NCBI GenBank assembly: GCA_964016885.1 | Contig: OZ024744.1 | Location: 44,888,001 to 44,952,000, forward strand | DNA from: Eledone cirrhosa | Lineage: Eukaryota | Reading direction: 5' to 3' | DNA length: 64,000 nucleotides | In this document: positions 37,177 through 51,900 of the stretch, piece by piece | How positions within the stretch are numbered: the stretch's first letter is position 1 | How the letters are laid out: each line of letters opens with the position of its first letter | The notes under the pieces: generated by a model | Databases searched by the model: none | Told to the model about the DNA's origin: nothing | The model's input: the letters and a program-made list of their open reading frames with translations, nothing else | Program-made: the position numbers and the translations under genes

Positions 37177-38138
37177 GAATTTATATATATATATGCTTTG
37201 GAATTTTTGTTGGCCTTTTGCATATATATATCATATTATATTTAATCGTAAACAAAAACAAAAACACATTTAGGGAATTTAAACCAGACAGGCAAAACTA
37301 AGTTAGTTTCACTTAAACATTTCAATGAATGAATGAAATAAATACATAAGATATTACTCAGAGAAGCTACATTACATATTAAATTATAAGCGAAAAGAAA
37401 CTCTCTTTATGGGACTATAAACCAGACAGACAGAATTAAGTTAGTCTCATTTATATATACATCTCCCGACCATGGTTCCGAACGCAGAAGAAACAACAAA
37501 TTACTGGAATAACCAATATTGGAAGAATCCGTGATACTCTTAAGGGGAGTTGTTCTTCAAACTATAAAGCTATATCGATAATGAAAGTATACATACCTTT
37601 CCATTGTCGATACCGTATGCTGCCCAAAACACGTTGTGTTGTTGAATTATTAAATAATCATGTCTCTAGTACATTTGGACTATGTGAGAGGCTTATACTG
37701 ATGCTAGAAATAGTTGCAAAAACCCGAAGGTGTAAGATTAATTATATGAAGAGTTTTCCAATGTATAGCGAAATGAACAGACCTCCTTTTTCTCGAACAC
37801 AATGTTTTCGTTTTTGCCAGAGCACACTCTCCTTTCTCTTATTATTTCTTCTTTAAGTTCTCATTATACTTTTCTATGAAAGACTAGCCTCCGAAACGTT
37901 AAATGTTTCTATCATATTATGCGTGAAACTAATACATATTCATCTTCTGTTATGTTTTATTTCGTTTACTTTTCACACATACACAACACACTCATATATA
38001 TATAGGAAAAGAATCAGAACCCCGACGGCTGAGCTCCGGCCGTTTCGACAAGTAGATCCGAACTAACCCATTCTACTACCCTAGTATTGAGTACTCTGGT
38101 GAGCTATGGTCCACCTGGTTTCTTACCACACTTTCTTT

Positions 38139-38223
<85 letters not shown>

Positions 38224-38629
38224 ATATATATATATATATATTCAATTAGAAAGTGAACAACACAATATATAACTACCCCATTACCAAATGTTTCAGGGTC
38301 CTAGACAATATTGACATACGTCTAGTTCGTTCATCAGATAAAAAATTATAAATATATGAAAATACGAAATGAAATTGAAAATCTATTAAGATTGAAAGTG
38401 AAACTGAAAAATATAACGGAAATACGTAATAAGGAATATATGTAAACATTATATAAAGATTATATAGAAAATTATAAACATTTCAAAAATTAGGAAGCCT
38501 ATGTGTAGATACATACACGTATACATATACACGCATTCAGATATAAGTAAAAATGTATGTATATATATATACACGACAAATACATATATGCGTGCACATA
38601 CATATATATGAAACAAACACATACGTATA

Positions 38630-39300
38630 AACACAAACCACTCCAGTCACATCACATTAGTCTATAATGTCTGGACACAAACCACTCCAGTCACATCACA
38701 TCAGTCTATCAGTGTGTAGACACAACTCCAACAAGTTCACATTAGTCTGTCACGTTCTGGACTCCAACCACAATCTCATTAGACATTTCATGTCTCGACA
38801 CAAACCACTCCAATTGCAATCTCATTAGTCTGTCAATGGCAGAAAACCAACCAAATACGTATTAGTATGTCAAATTATGGACACAAACCACATCAACACA
38901 GACTTATTAGATTGTAAATCAATGAAACAAAACCAAATCACATCAGACTGTTAAGTTCTGAACACCAACCAAAATCCCATTAGTCTGTCAGGTTATGGAC
39001 ACCACCTAGATCACATAAGCCTGTCAATGTCATAACACCAACAACAATCACATTAGACACGGACAAAACACCAACCACATCACATTAGCCTGTAACGTTC
39101 TGAACACCAACTAGATCATATAAGTCTGTCAAGGTCAACATACTAACCACATTGCATAAGTCTGTCAAGGACAAAACAACAACCACATCACAGAAGATTA
39201 TCAATGTCATAACAGCAACCTCAATCACATTAGATAGTCTCAGTCAGAACACCAACCACATCACATTAGCCTGACAAGTTCTGAACAAAAACAATACCAA
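38630..39300. repeat. Degenerate ~40-45-bp minisatellite
   Basis: Recurring (A)ACCACATCACATTAGTCTGTCAA units. Confidence 0.8.
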
Positions 39301-39824
39301 TTTCATTATACGACATCAAAGGGTTTAAAAACTTCCATCCCTTATAAATTGATTTAAAGAAGTAAGAATATTTTTCCTTTCTCTAACCCTAACTTTTAAG
39401 ATCATAGCGTCTATTTTTGCGGTTGAATGGTTATTGTTTATGATGCTAGAAAAATTGAATTGAATCAATAAACACCATACTGTTTAGATAGTTGCTACAG
39501 TTTCATATAAGTAAATGTTGGATCTGCCATTGGCTAGCAAACTTTTAAACATAAACCTATATTTTCTGTAAACTTTCAAAGTTTATATATTAATGAAAAT
39601 ATTTTCTGTTGACCGGAGTTCAGTAGAGAAGCATACAACTGAAATATAAGTAAGTTGCATACTATTGTATTTATTCTTTGATTTTAAGTGTAGTTTTCTG
39701 TAATTCTCTTATAAATCATTTGTGATTTAGAGTCACCAACATCACGTTAGTTTTATTTATGTGACACCAGTATGTTTTGTTGGTGTTTATTTTGTTGAAG
39801 CTACACTGATTAAGGGTGAGACCA

Positions 39825-40872
39825 ACTCACAACAGAGAGTTACTCTGCCACATCTGGTAACACACAACATAGAGAGTTACTTTATCACATTTGTTAACAC
39901 ACAACAGAGAGAGTAACACTGTCTTATCTGGTAACTCACAACATAGAGAGTTACTCTGCCACATCTGGTAACACACAACAGAGAGAGTTATTCTGTTACA
40001 TCTGCCATCTCACAACAGAGAGAGTAACTCTGTCACATCTGCCATCTCACAACAAAGAGTGTTACTCTATCGCATCTGCCAATTTACAATATAGAGAGGT
40101 ACATCTCCTCTGCCAACTCACAACAAACAGAGGTACAACATCACATCCACCAACTCACAAGAAAGAGAATCACATCTTATATACAACTAACAACAAAGAG
40201 AGATACCGCATCACATCCAACAACTCACAACAAAAGAGACACAACATCCACCATATAACAACAATGAGACACATAGCATCACATCCACTAACTCACAACA
40301 AAGTGAGGTACCACATCACATCCACTATCTCACAACAAAGAGAGACACAGCATCACATCCACAAACTAACAACAAAGAGATGTACCACATCACATCCACC
40401 AACTTACAACAAACATAATCACATCACATCTACCAACTCACAACAAAGAGAAACACAGCATCACATCCACAAACTAACAACAAAGAGATGTACCACATCA
40501 CATCCACCAACTTACAACAAACATAATCACATCACATCTACCAACTCACAACAAAGAGAGACACAGCATAACGTCCACCAACTCAAAACAAAGTGAGGTA
40601 AACATTCACCTCCACCATCTCACAAGAGAATCACATCTCATATATTAACTCACAATAAAGAGAAGTACCACATCACAACTGCCAACTCACAATAAAGAGA
40701 AGTACCGCATCACATCCACCAACTTACAACAAAAAGAGCCACATCATCACATCCACCATCTCACAACAAAGAGAATCACATCTCATATATTAACTCATAA
40801 TAAAGAGAGGTACCACATCACAACTTCCAAATTACAAACAAGAGAGGTACAACATCCCATCTGCTAACTCAC
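39825..40872. repeat. ~40-bp minisatellite with a higher-order ~117-bp duplication
   Basis: Recurring CTCACAACA(A)AGAGAG...CACATC; the 39-aa periodicity in ORF 40264-40596 reflects the duplication. Confidence 0.82.
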
Positions 40873-41118
40873 CACTTATTGCTATAGTAATAATAGAAAT
40901 AATTAATTTGATAATGATACCAGTAATTAATATGTCCTCACATATCCTAAAGGTAGTAATAATAAATTGAAATTGGTGAAGTCTAGAATGAAGCCCAACA
41001 ATCTCTTACTGTGTCTAGTGAAAGGTTTTGCTTGAAGTGAAACAGACTGTAAAAACTGTAATGTATTGCTGGAAGTTATTTTATAGAAACCTGTATGTAT
41101 TGAGTACAACATGTATCA

Positions 41119-41308
41119 GGGCGTTGGCAGTATCGGTAGAGAGTCGGACGCCATGCTTTCCAGCATAGAGTTACGCCCCTTTATGGTCTGAGTTCAAATC
41201 CCGCCGCGGTTGACTTTGCTTTTCATCTTTACATGGTCGATAAAATAAAGTACCAGTAATGCACTGGGATAATTGCTGGCCTTGTGCCAATAGTAGAAAT
41301 AATTATTG
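41119..41308 (+). mobile_element. SINE copy
   Basis: A box, B box, core and tail as in the other copies. Confidence 0.9.
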
Positions 41309-41340
41309 AAACTGATTCAACTGACATGAGAGGTGGATAA

Positions 41341-43330
41341 CACCGTGTAACAAAAAAAAAAATGTTTTTCTCTGTTCCTGGCTTGTAATCACTTTTTTGT
41401 GTTGCTTAAGTCCCAAATAAATAAAAAAGTGCTATTAAACAGTTAAAAGTTTGGGTTTGTAAAAACTCTAAGCTATTCACTAGAATTATTTGTATGCTGG
41501 ATTTTACGTTGTATGTAAGTTTAATTGTCTTATGTTAAATGATTCTTTGTATATATGTTTCAGTTTAATTTAAAATAATAAAATAAAGAGTAATACCTAA
41601 AGAAAATTATAAAAGTGCATTAAAGTATAAAATTGTTAAAAATTGGATTAAAGAGATTTATTGATACTGGATTTTTGTACCCTGAATAAAGGGTAAGTTG
41701 TGTTTTAAGCACGAATTTTCATAAGTATGATTAGTGTTCTTTTTTTTATTATTTAAATATGTATTTTTCTTTCCAATATTTATTTTGTATTGCATATCAA
41801 ATTTATTTTCCAAGATGAATATTCTGATGAAGAGGAGGAGATGGATGCTGAGGACTTGGATTACCTGCCTGAGGTACCAGAAAAAGTTCCTCACTTCCCA
41901 AACCAAAATGAAGTCAATGACTTGGTCAAGGATATAGGTATGACCAAGTCCAATGCAGAGCTATTGGTCTCAAGGATGAAGCAGTGGAACTTGTTCAAGG
42001 AGGAAGTGCAGGGGACAAGTCAGAGAAGTTGACAAGAACCTTTCTCGGGCTTTTGCACTCTTAGGGATGGCCTCTGCTTCTGTCGTGACGTGCCTGGAGT
42101 GTTTGACGTTATTGGGGTGCCGTTTGTGCGCAAGGATTGGCGGCTATTTATAGACAGCTCCACCATAAGTTTGAAGGCCGTCCTCCTCCACAATGGAATT
42201 AAGTTGCCGACACTGCCCCTAGCTCATTCAGTCTGCCCGAAGGAAGATTACTACAGTGTGAAAGTCCTCTTGGAAGCTCTGCAATACAACCAGTGCAATT
42301 GGGAAATCATTGGAGACTTCAAGATGGTGGCTTTCCTGCTTGGACTCCAAGGAGGCTTTATCAAATTCCAATACTTCCTCTGCCTTTGGGACAACAGAGC
42401 CACGTCTGAACACTACAAAAGAAAGAACTGGGAGCAGCGAACAGAATTTGTAGTTGGGACCCGGAACGTCATGTGGGAGCCACTCGTTGATCCCAGGATT
42501 GTGCTCATGCAGCCACTGCACATTAAGTTGGGGTTGATGAAGCAGTTTGTGAAGGCTCTCAACCAAGAATAAACCACATTTAAGTACCTTCTTGAGTTCT
42601 TCCCCAAGTTATCTGTGGCCAAAATCAAAGGTGGAATTTTTTGTTGGACCTCAGATAAAGAAGGTGTTTGAGTCTACCGATTTCTCCAATAAGCTCAATA
42701 GGATTGAGAGAACAGCATGGAACTGTTTCAAGGTAGTTGTTAAGGGCTTCCTGGGCGACTACAGAGCTGAAAACTACCAGCAACTGGCGCAGGATCTGAT
42801 AAAGGCTTTTGGCGCCATGGGATGCAGGATGTCGCTTAAACTCCATATGCTGGGCACTCACCTGGAAAAATTCAAGGACAATATGGGCACCTACTCGGAA
42901 GAACAAAAGCGAACGATTCCACCAAGATGTGAATGAGATAGAGCGGAGGTACCAATGAAATAATGATGGGGGACTATATCTGGGGGCTAGTGCGGGAATG
43001 CAACCTGGGCTACAACCGCAAATCCAGGAAATCCAGTCATTTCTGACGTGTATAAGTTGCTTTATAAGTGTTATTTGTTTTTACTTGTTTGCTTTTGATA
43101 AGCTTGTGTAATAAAATAAATATATACTCTGTTGATTTAATTATATGAACTGATAAATTTTTTTAAAATGTGTTTTTTCTTGAAAAATATGAACATTTCG
43201 AAATATCAAACGCCTGACCACAAACCCAAACTTCTGATTAAATAATAGTGTTTTTTTAAAATAATAATGGGATATAACAAACCAGTAAATGACACTTAGA
43301 ACCGGGGAACAAAAAATATGTTACACGATG
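41341..43330 (+). mobile_element. Chapaev3-type (CMC) DNA transposon, decayed and internally deleted
   Basis: TIR CACCGTGTAACA / TGTTACACGATG; 3-bp TSD TAA at 41338-41340 and 43331-43333; transposase motifs LFIDSS..SLKAVLLHNG, GDFKMV, PLHIKLGLMKQFV, MSLKLH, RFHQD. Confidence 0.85.
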
Positions 43331-43370
43331 TAATTGGTAGAATCATTAGTGTTGTATGAAATAGGTATAT

Positions 43371-43449
<79 letters not shown>

Positions 43450-45939
43450 CAGTATATATATATACAGTATATATATATATATAAAAATGTAATCTGAGTT
43501 TTTCGATTATTAATAATAATATCCGATTCGTTTTCAATTATGCAAACAGCCTTTTAGAAAATATATAACGCTGACAGTTGGCAGGTGTGTGTGTGAGTGT
43601 GTGTGTGTATGTGTGAGTGTGTCTCTTCCTCTCTCTCTCTGTAGAAATATACGAATGTATGAAAAAGGAAATAGGAAAACAGTGCTAAATCTAGAAAATA
43701 GCTGAAATATTATATCATTTATTTATGTTAAACAAAAGCGCAACCTAATGTTTCATGGCCCAATATTAACCACACCTCCAAAATATAAGAGAGATCAAAA
43801 TTGTGACCTAATCTTCAGACACTTATATGAGTTTATAAGATAACCTTATAAGTAATGGGCATTGATACGCTAGTTTACGAAACACTTATTATAACAAATT
43901 GAAATATCTCCAAGTTGTAAATTTGAAATAGCGAAATCTTACCGGTGTTGTTATTCGCGGTCTATAGCAGAAATATGATATTATGTCGTGGTATATATTA
44001 TTGAGATGGTAATTTTTACTAAGGTATGAGATAGAGAAGTATAGAATAGTATTATGTTCCCTTGAAAATTTGAAAAAAAGAAAGATAAACAGAAGATAAT
44101 ATGAAAATATGTAAATCAAATTAAGATGGTTGAAAATGAGTAGAATTTTTTTTAGTATTTCCTCTTAGCAAGCAGTTGGCTTTTAAGAGAGGCGCATCCT
44201 CTACAGATTTCGCTTTTCAGTTCAAATAGTTATTATTCGGAGATGAAAACCATGTAATATTCTAAATTTCTCACTAAGACAGAGACGTCATTTCATGGTA
44301 CAATTGGTTTAAGGAAGTATCTTTCAAGTATCTTCCAAGTAATATTTTTAATTGCCTGACTTTTTTGCCAGGGCTGTACTGGTTCTCATATCAGGATTTC
44401 TGAAGAAGAGGGGATGCGAGTAAAAACGTCGTTTGAAACGATCTTGCACCATACCGTCGTATTTTTCGCTAACTTCAGAATTTTCCGTCGTGCCGTGTGT
44501 AATCTCTGCCTCATACACAATGGATTTGATTGGGATACCTTGATGAAATTACAATTGAATATTTTACTGTATTTATGTTGTTTTGGAAAATGTCTATCTA
44601 TAAAATCTAAAAACTACTTACCTACACTAGTCGTGACTTTAAAGGAAGGGGGAGGGGGGGGGGGGATATTAACAAGATAACTCTTAATTTTCTGTTAGCA
44701 TTGTTAGTATGGTTGTGTTGGAAATGATGTGGTGTGTACTTAATTTTGTTCTAAACACCACAATCTATGAGGGCCCGATTGTAGTACGGCGCAGCCTTAT
44801 CGAAAATAACCCGAGTTTCTGATAGATATGAGATACTAGGACTAATATTTGAAACTAGGTTTTTAAAAACACCAGGGAAGGCATGAAGCTTTATTGATAC
44901 AATTCAATTTTACATTAATTTTATGGTATGGTTTATACGAAGCTGTCGTTAGGTCTAAGTTTACACCAAAGAAGTTTGCCTCAGTAAGATTCGTATCTAC
45001 CGTAATTTTAAATCCTAGTGCACGCGAAGTGACAAATTTATAATGAATCTGCCCATAGCTTGTATGTTACAATCATAAGAAAACGAAATTCTATCGTTAC
45101 TTTATAGACTAATGGAGTGGATGGGGAATATAGACTTTGAGAATGAATAGCACTGTCATAGGACCCCAAGAAGACGTCAAAAGTATCATCAGTGTTAGAA
45201 TGTGTTACCCAACAATGTGTTACCATTACTAAATAGAAGGGTTCAACGGTCATGGAATATAAGTTCGTATTCCATGTCGCTGGTGTATACAAAAGAACGA
45301 GCAAAATCTAAAGTTTTATTAAGAAGGGTCCTAGAAATAGAGGGATAAACATCTATAATATTAAACTATATGAGTTTGGTGCTGTTCTTAAAGGGGATTT
45401 CGGTGAATCATGAGATGAGATATATTGTTTTATTCTACAGTGAGAGATTGGTGCTTTTGATAATATAACTATTGATGTTTCTTAAAACGTTTTTACTAGC
45501 TAGTCCTAACTTTGACTTTGCAGGGTTTATTAATCTATAGCTATATAGATATTAGGTCGGGCCACACGGCTGAGTTCCTGCCGGTTCAACTTCTAATTCC
45601 AGGCATGTGATAAAACTACCTGCTGTGAAATAGCCATCTCGTCACAGGCGTGCTTAAGGTGATTGACGTTTCAGTAAATAGATCAGTGGCCATGAGCAGA
45701 GCTTAATGTGTTTCGTTCCACAAGAGATTCAAGATAATATGAAAATAATTTACCTTTTCCCTCATTTTGTGCGTTTTCACCAGATAAGTAATTAGCACTC
45801 CATTTCCTTCATTAAGTACAGAGAGATGAATACAACCACAAGGATATGGTCCGAACGTTGAAGAGCCGAACTCCCACTGTCATCGCCTCCATCTCTCTCG
45901 CATCCCCATCTCTCTGTATGGTGAACAAATGGGGGCCCA

Positions 45940-46270
45940 CATGTTGGCCGCCCTACAGGCCAGACGAACAGGATGGAGAAGGCGTTTTTCAGGGAGGATG
46001 GTAAGGGAGATACGCTGGAAGAGCCATTCCAACTCGCGAGGCTCACATCTGCGGCTGGCCAGCTCAGCGCCTATGATGGTGAGTAGGGAGGTAACCCTAG
46101 GGCCAAGGGCACGACACGAACCTCTCAGAGAGCGACCGGTACTTAGAGAGCTTGGCTTCCTCAGCCCGACGTGCAGCAGAACCTGAGTTAGTCGCAGACT
46201 GCACTAGGTTGCCGCTGGTGAAAGTGTCGGTGCAAGTAGCATCCCAGATGAGGGGTTTGCCACCGCGGAA
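45940..46270 (-). mobile_element. CRE-like RLE non-LTR retrotransposon 3' fragment
   Basis: GKPLIWDATCTDT...AARRAEEAKLSKY resembles the C-terminal RLE of CRE-clade elements. Confidence 0.6.
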
Positions 46271-46590
46271 GAGGAAGTTGGTCATACCGAGAAAAGGATA
46301 ATAAATTGTTTGTTTTTTTATATTTTCAGTGTGTTGGGTATGCGTGTGTGCGTGCGTGTTCTTGCACCTTTGTGTCTGTATGTGTGTGCGTGTGTGTGTG
46401 AGTGTGTTATCGATGTAGGTATGGATGTGAAATATTACAGTATTGAAGTAGTGAGGAAAATCTAGCTGAGCTGAAGAATTTTCAAGGGAAAACAGAATGT
46501 ATGGTTTGTGATGAGTCATCTCGATTTATTTAGGAGTGTGTGGGTGATAGTGTGTGTTTGTGTGGTGTGTGTGTGGGTGTGTGTGTGTGT

Positions 46591-46625
<35 letters not shown>

Positions 46626-48207
46626 GGTCGACATCACGGCAGTTGGAGATGTCAAAGAATATAGTCCTCTCACTCACAGATCCTACATCAGTACTGACGC
46701 TAGCTAAAAAATCACGTAGACTCCCAGATGTACAACCACACAGTTACACTCGTACATATTTTATATGCTTGTCAACAAAAGTACCTGTTTTTAGTACCTC
46801 AAATGATCACTGACCTTCTTGTCGGTATTGTAATTGTTGTTCTTTCGAGTGTGTCTCTTTGTCATACTTGTTGCAGGTTCTAGTAGTGAATGTTGTTTTG
46901 CTAAAACCTATCTGTGCTTTGTTTTACGGGGATATGTGTACATTTTTCTGTCAGTTCCTGGTAATAAGTTTAAATTTCGGGTACCCAGCGAGATATTAAA
47001 CAGAACTCGTCAAAGGCCGAAGTCACTCACAAGAATCAATGACCATCCAATATACCCTATATTGATCTTTGGTTTTCCTTCTCACAGCAGGTTATATCTT
47101 GAGTTGATGCAGTACCAGAGTCTTTAAAATGTTTGACAATAAACATGATGGTTCTTATTCAAGTGTTCCTATAGCATAACCATGCACTGTTCCTATGCTA
47201 CCAAAGATAGAAAAGTTATGGCTGGTCATACACAAGCCTTCTCCATAGTATATGCATCATCAGTAGGTTATACAATACGTTTAGTAACCAGTTCCTCACA
47301 GCATCAAACAACAACAGACCCATAAAGAATAAATGGCAAGAGGACAGGTAAAATATGTTAGTGGAAGTCTCTAGTAGGTACTCTACATCGTTTCGAACTT
47401 TGAGTGATGGCCGTTCTACTACAGCCTATGAGAACTTGTGTTGTCTGTGTCCCAACTTTTACAAAGTAAGTGGTTTTAGACATAGTACTGCTTCCACCCT
47501 ATCTGAAGAGGGAGTGAGAAAGGCAGAGTTATACATTGCTTACTTACTTCACAAACTTGGCAGCCAGCTACATCTGTCTGGTTCTCTAGTATCTCTCCTA
47601 GGAATATACGAGACTTTAGTGACACGTCAGAGATAGCTATCTACCAGGAGACTAAGCTATACTACTGGACACTAAATAACCGCAATATATGACTAAGTTA
47701 TATCTGTATATCCTGGAGAGGAGATGGGCTCCACCAGGTTTTAAATACTGTCCTAGTAATGTCATATGTTAATACGGCACCCCTACGCATCTCTCGGGAG
47801 TTAGGGGATCCTATCCTACATATATATGTATATATATACAGTTTAAAGGGAACTGTCACTGAGTAAATGTACCAAATATATGGTTTTCTCTGTAAATTGA
47901 ATAAATGATATATAACCTCACTCAGGATACTACTATAATTGGGTATATAACACCCTCCGATACGTATTTCCTTGTGGTTATTTAGATGGTGGTCTTGCCG
48001 TCTTATGAGAGTCTAACTAAATCTAGATTAAATATATTTAACATTTATTTAATTGACATGAAACACATATACTTAGTATGTTTACATACCAAGATACTAA
48101 AAATATATAAATGTATATACCACATTTACTTAATCTCAGTTAATTCTATACTTTATATCTCATATAGTATTGTATCATAACTAAACATTTATGTTTTTAT
48201 TTTTAAG

Positions 48208-48548
48208 ATATGGAAAAGTTATTTCAATGTACGTGCATGAATCAAAGAAAAATAATGTTTATATTCATATGTCTAATGCTGGCAATAGATAGAACCGAAA
48301 ATATTTTACTCAGAAATTTATCAAGTTACCAGGTGGTAAAAATATAGTACTTGATAGTGGAGCTGAACATGTGCTTCCACCAGTAAGCACTCCTAGTCGG
48401 ATAGTTTGTACACAATATTGTGCATCTCTAGTGGATTGCAGTTTTTTTACATTTCACGATAAACAGTGTGAAGTATTTCATGATTGGAAAGATAAAGTAA
48501 CTGTAGAGGACAGCACCACACCATGGACATACTATAAAGAATATAAGG
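48208..48548 (+). CDS. Probable host-gene exon: signal-peptide-like start plus PAN/apple-like domain, with one apparent frameshift near 48298
   Basis: Acceptor tttttaag, donor G|gtaagt; hydrophobic MFIFICLMLAI; Cys pattern CTQYC-ASLVD-CSFFTF-HDKQ-CEVF typical of PAN modules. Confidence 0.55.
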
Positions 48549-48577
48549 GTAAGTTACTTTACTATTGATATCTCATC

Positions 48578-48973
48578 ACGGTGGATTGGCAGTATCGGTA
48601 GAGGGTCGCACGCCATGCTTTGACGCATAGTTACGGCCCTTGCCATTCTGATTTCAAATCCCGCCAAGGTTAACTTTGCCTTTCATCCTCACGGGGTCGA
48701 TAAAATAAAGTACCAGTAATACACTGGGGTAATAGCTGATCTTGTGCCAAAAGTAGAAACAATTATTATTATAAGGGTGGTGGATTGGTAGTATCGGTAG
48801 AGAGTCAAATACCATGCTTTGCAGCATAGAGTTACGGCTCTTTACGGTCTGAGTTCAAATCCCGCCGAGGGTAACTTTGCCTTTCATCCTTACGAGGTCG
48901 ATAAAATAAATTACCAGTAATGCACTGGAGTAATTGCTGGCTTTGTTCCAAAAGTAGAAACAATTATTATTAT
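48578..48973 (+). mobile_element. Two tandem SINE copies
   Basis: Both have A box, B box, core and tail and are joined by ATTATTATTATAA. Confidence 0.9.
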
Positions 48974-48974
48974 T

Positions 48975-51900
48975 TGTTTCTCAATTTACCACGTATAATT
49001 TGCTCCATAAGATTTGTTGATTTCCCTTGTTTGTTACAAACTGTAAATTGCGCACCATACATTGCCCCCAGAAAAGGCAACCCCATTTGGATCTTAGAGC
49101 CAAATTTTGAAATTATATTTGCAATTTACGCCAACGGTGAAAGCGAGAAACTGAAGGAAAAAGAAAACATGCGACATTTTGTCGACAACAACTAGAAAAC
49201 AAAAGAAAATAAACCATTGTCACCACCACCGCCACCACAATCACCAACTCAAATACAGAGACCAACACAAAACAACAACAGTGGCAGCAGCAACAAAAGC
49301 AACATCAATATAATTTACATAAAAGTTGACAAAATTCATACATGCTGCGACACGTTGTCGAGCGGCAAACTGGCCCGTTCGGCTACCAGCCCATGCTTTG
49401 CTGCCCACCAGGCTGAAGAGAGCAAACTGTCCAGGTATCGGCCACTCTCAAATAGGTTTGTAGTTGAGCCTGTAGCAGTGGGGGTCTTCCAGCGTTCTTG
49501 TACCCGGACCACACTCCTGATCACTGCTAGGGTAGGGGGGGCTGACAGCAGGTGCGAGCTGCGCGAGGTTGAGTGGCTGTTCCAGCGCGTCTCTTTCAGG
49601 GTCCCCAGGGGCAATATATTCTCCATATTGTCGCATGGAACCATGAGGTAGAGGGTAAGATAGTTCGAGGTGGAGGATACTCATTCGGACGTCACATATA
49701 TATACATTCACAAATGAATGCAGATTTATTAAAGACGTATAGCGACCCGGCGTGTGACCCCCTTCCAATAAAACACAACACAGATGATCTCTCAAAATCA
49801 GTCGTTACCTTAGCAAGTGCAACAAAAAACAAAACGGAAACAATAACTGTCAACGAATATAAGATAAGGGAAGCTAAGCAGGTGTTAACGAGAAGTCGCA
49901 TAATCAGGCTCACATCTCCATCCGATGAGCTGGAAAAGGTAAGATGTTGTACACTTACATACCGTTAATTTTGACTGAAGTAACCCTAGATGGAACGCAC
50001 CACTGAGTCACAGATCCAAAAGGTTTTCAATTGCATAAAACTCTTCGCTTGAGGCCGGAGATTTGGGACGGTAGACGTATTTTTGAAAACTCAAGAGGAA
50101 GCCAGACAACACTCCCTGGTACCAGTGAGGAGTGAAGAACTGTCTCTGTCACCGACGTAAATATCAGAAAGAACCAGGTACAGCATATAATAGCTATTCC
50201 ATGGCTAGTGGCAGCTGTCCACATGGACGTTGAGGATAGCACACACATTATAGAAGTGAAAATAAATCAAACTGGTCAGGATCGGGGATGGATCTACTTA
50301 TTCAAATGAATCGAGAAAATACTGAAGCCAAACTCGATATAATAGACAATGTGGACGGAACCCACCTCCGCCTGACCGTTGTGGACAGAAGTCCAAAGTG
50401 CACACACGTGATTCAAAAACCCACTTCAAGACTTTCTGCCCATAACAGGCAACGAAGGAAACAAAGACACCACCCCCACCCAGCATTCTAAATCAATATT
50501 TCAAGAGAAAGTCATCAAAACAACCGGTGGCCACAATCAGCTCACCAACATCTACACCAACACCAACACTAAAAATAACAACACGAGGAAGAACAGAACA
50601 TGCTAAAAATCACAACTGTCCGAGCTGCTCTCAGAGTGACGAAACCGTCCAGCATGCAATCGTCCAGCATCCATGTATTGCTGACATGTAGATTTACATC
50701 GAACACCTACTGTTACGGGACGTAACCGGCTATCAGATGAGTCCACTGTGAAGATTGACCCACCGCCTTCCTTTATCCGAGAAAAATATGCAGCATCAAC
50801 AGTACCAACAACAACAACTGTACCTATAACAATAATAACAACAGCTGAAACATCAATAACAAAAGCAGTTGAGATAACAACAGCGCTATCAGCACCACAA
50901 TTGACACAACAACAGATATCACAAGCACCAGCATCGTCATCCAGCCTCCGCAACAACAGTAAATACTAAGCCAACAAATTATAGAGTCATAAACACAAGG
51001 CTACCTATTCAACGACCCCAGGTCACTGAATATAAGTGTGGTGACCATAAAAGACACCAAATTTCCGCCGCTTGAGCCTTCGCACTCATTTATGGGTGCT
51101 TCAAGGTGTACACATCTCCAAGCCGTCCAGAATCTGGAGGATAAGTCACTTGTTGTTTCGGAAAGGCTTGGATCTCACGAAAAGGACAAACTTTCAGGAC
51201 CCAGAAGGTAAGATGGTGGTACTAAATGTGACCAGCAGTGAACGGTATGCCTTTAAGCTTGTCTATACCCCGACAGGGGCCGAATATCTAGATTTCTCCA
51301 GGCTCCGTGAGACGTTTCTCGGAACTTATTTCTCTTTAGTGTTAGTGCGCGATTGGAGCGGTATCTTAGACGTAGCTTTGGACTGTGATGATGTAGCAGA
51401 AAGGGTGTAAAAGCCTCAGGCAGGTACCGAATGGATTTCTTGAATGTGCCAATAGATTGGTGAATTAATTAAGCAGGCTTTCACAACAATTGGTGGTTTG
51501 CCCTAAAAAGGGCGATTAGTGTACAATCGATTAGATTTAGTAAAGGAGAAGTGATTGCGGAAACTAGACTAGAGGGTGAGCTAGTTAAAAAAACAAGAAG
51601 AAGCGTTAAGGAAATGTGACAAAACTTACGTGCTATTAACGAGATTACGTCCTGAACAATCTTTCAATGCAATGGCATCAAGAAATCGCTAACGAGGACA
51701 TGGGCTCTTAGACAGGAGAGGACGAAAGTCGTTCAATAGACTCGAGCAGCAGAGGCACAAGGTAGCAAAAGAGCCAGAATGCGGTGTTTGGAACAACATG
51801 AGGGTCGCATGGTACTCAATCCCAAGTAGATTTGTGCGAATTTTCAGCAACACTGTTCGGGAGCCGTGGTGGGCCGGATCACAGAATGGACCTTGACAGC

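Noticed and set aside
40264-40596. 110-aa repetitive ORF
   Set aside because: Product of the minisatellite, with no splice or domain support.
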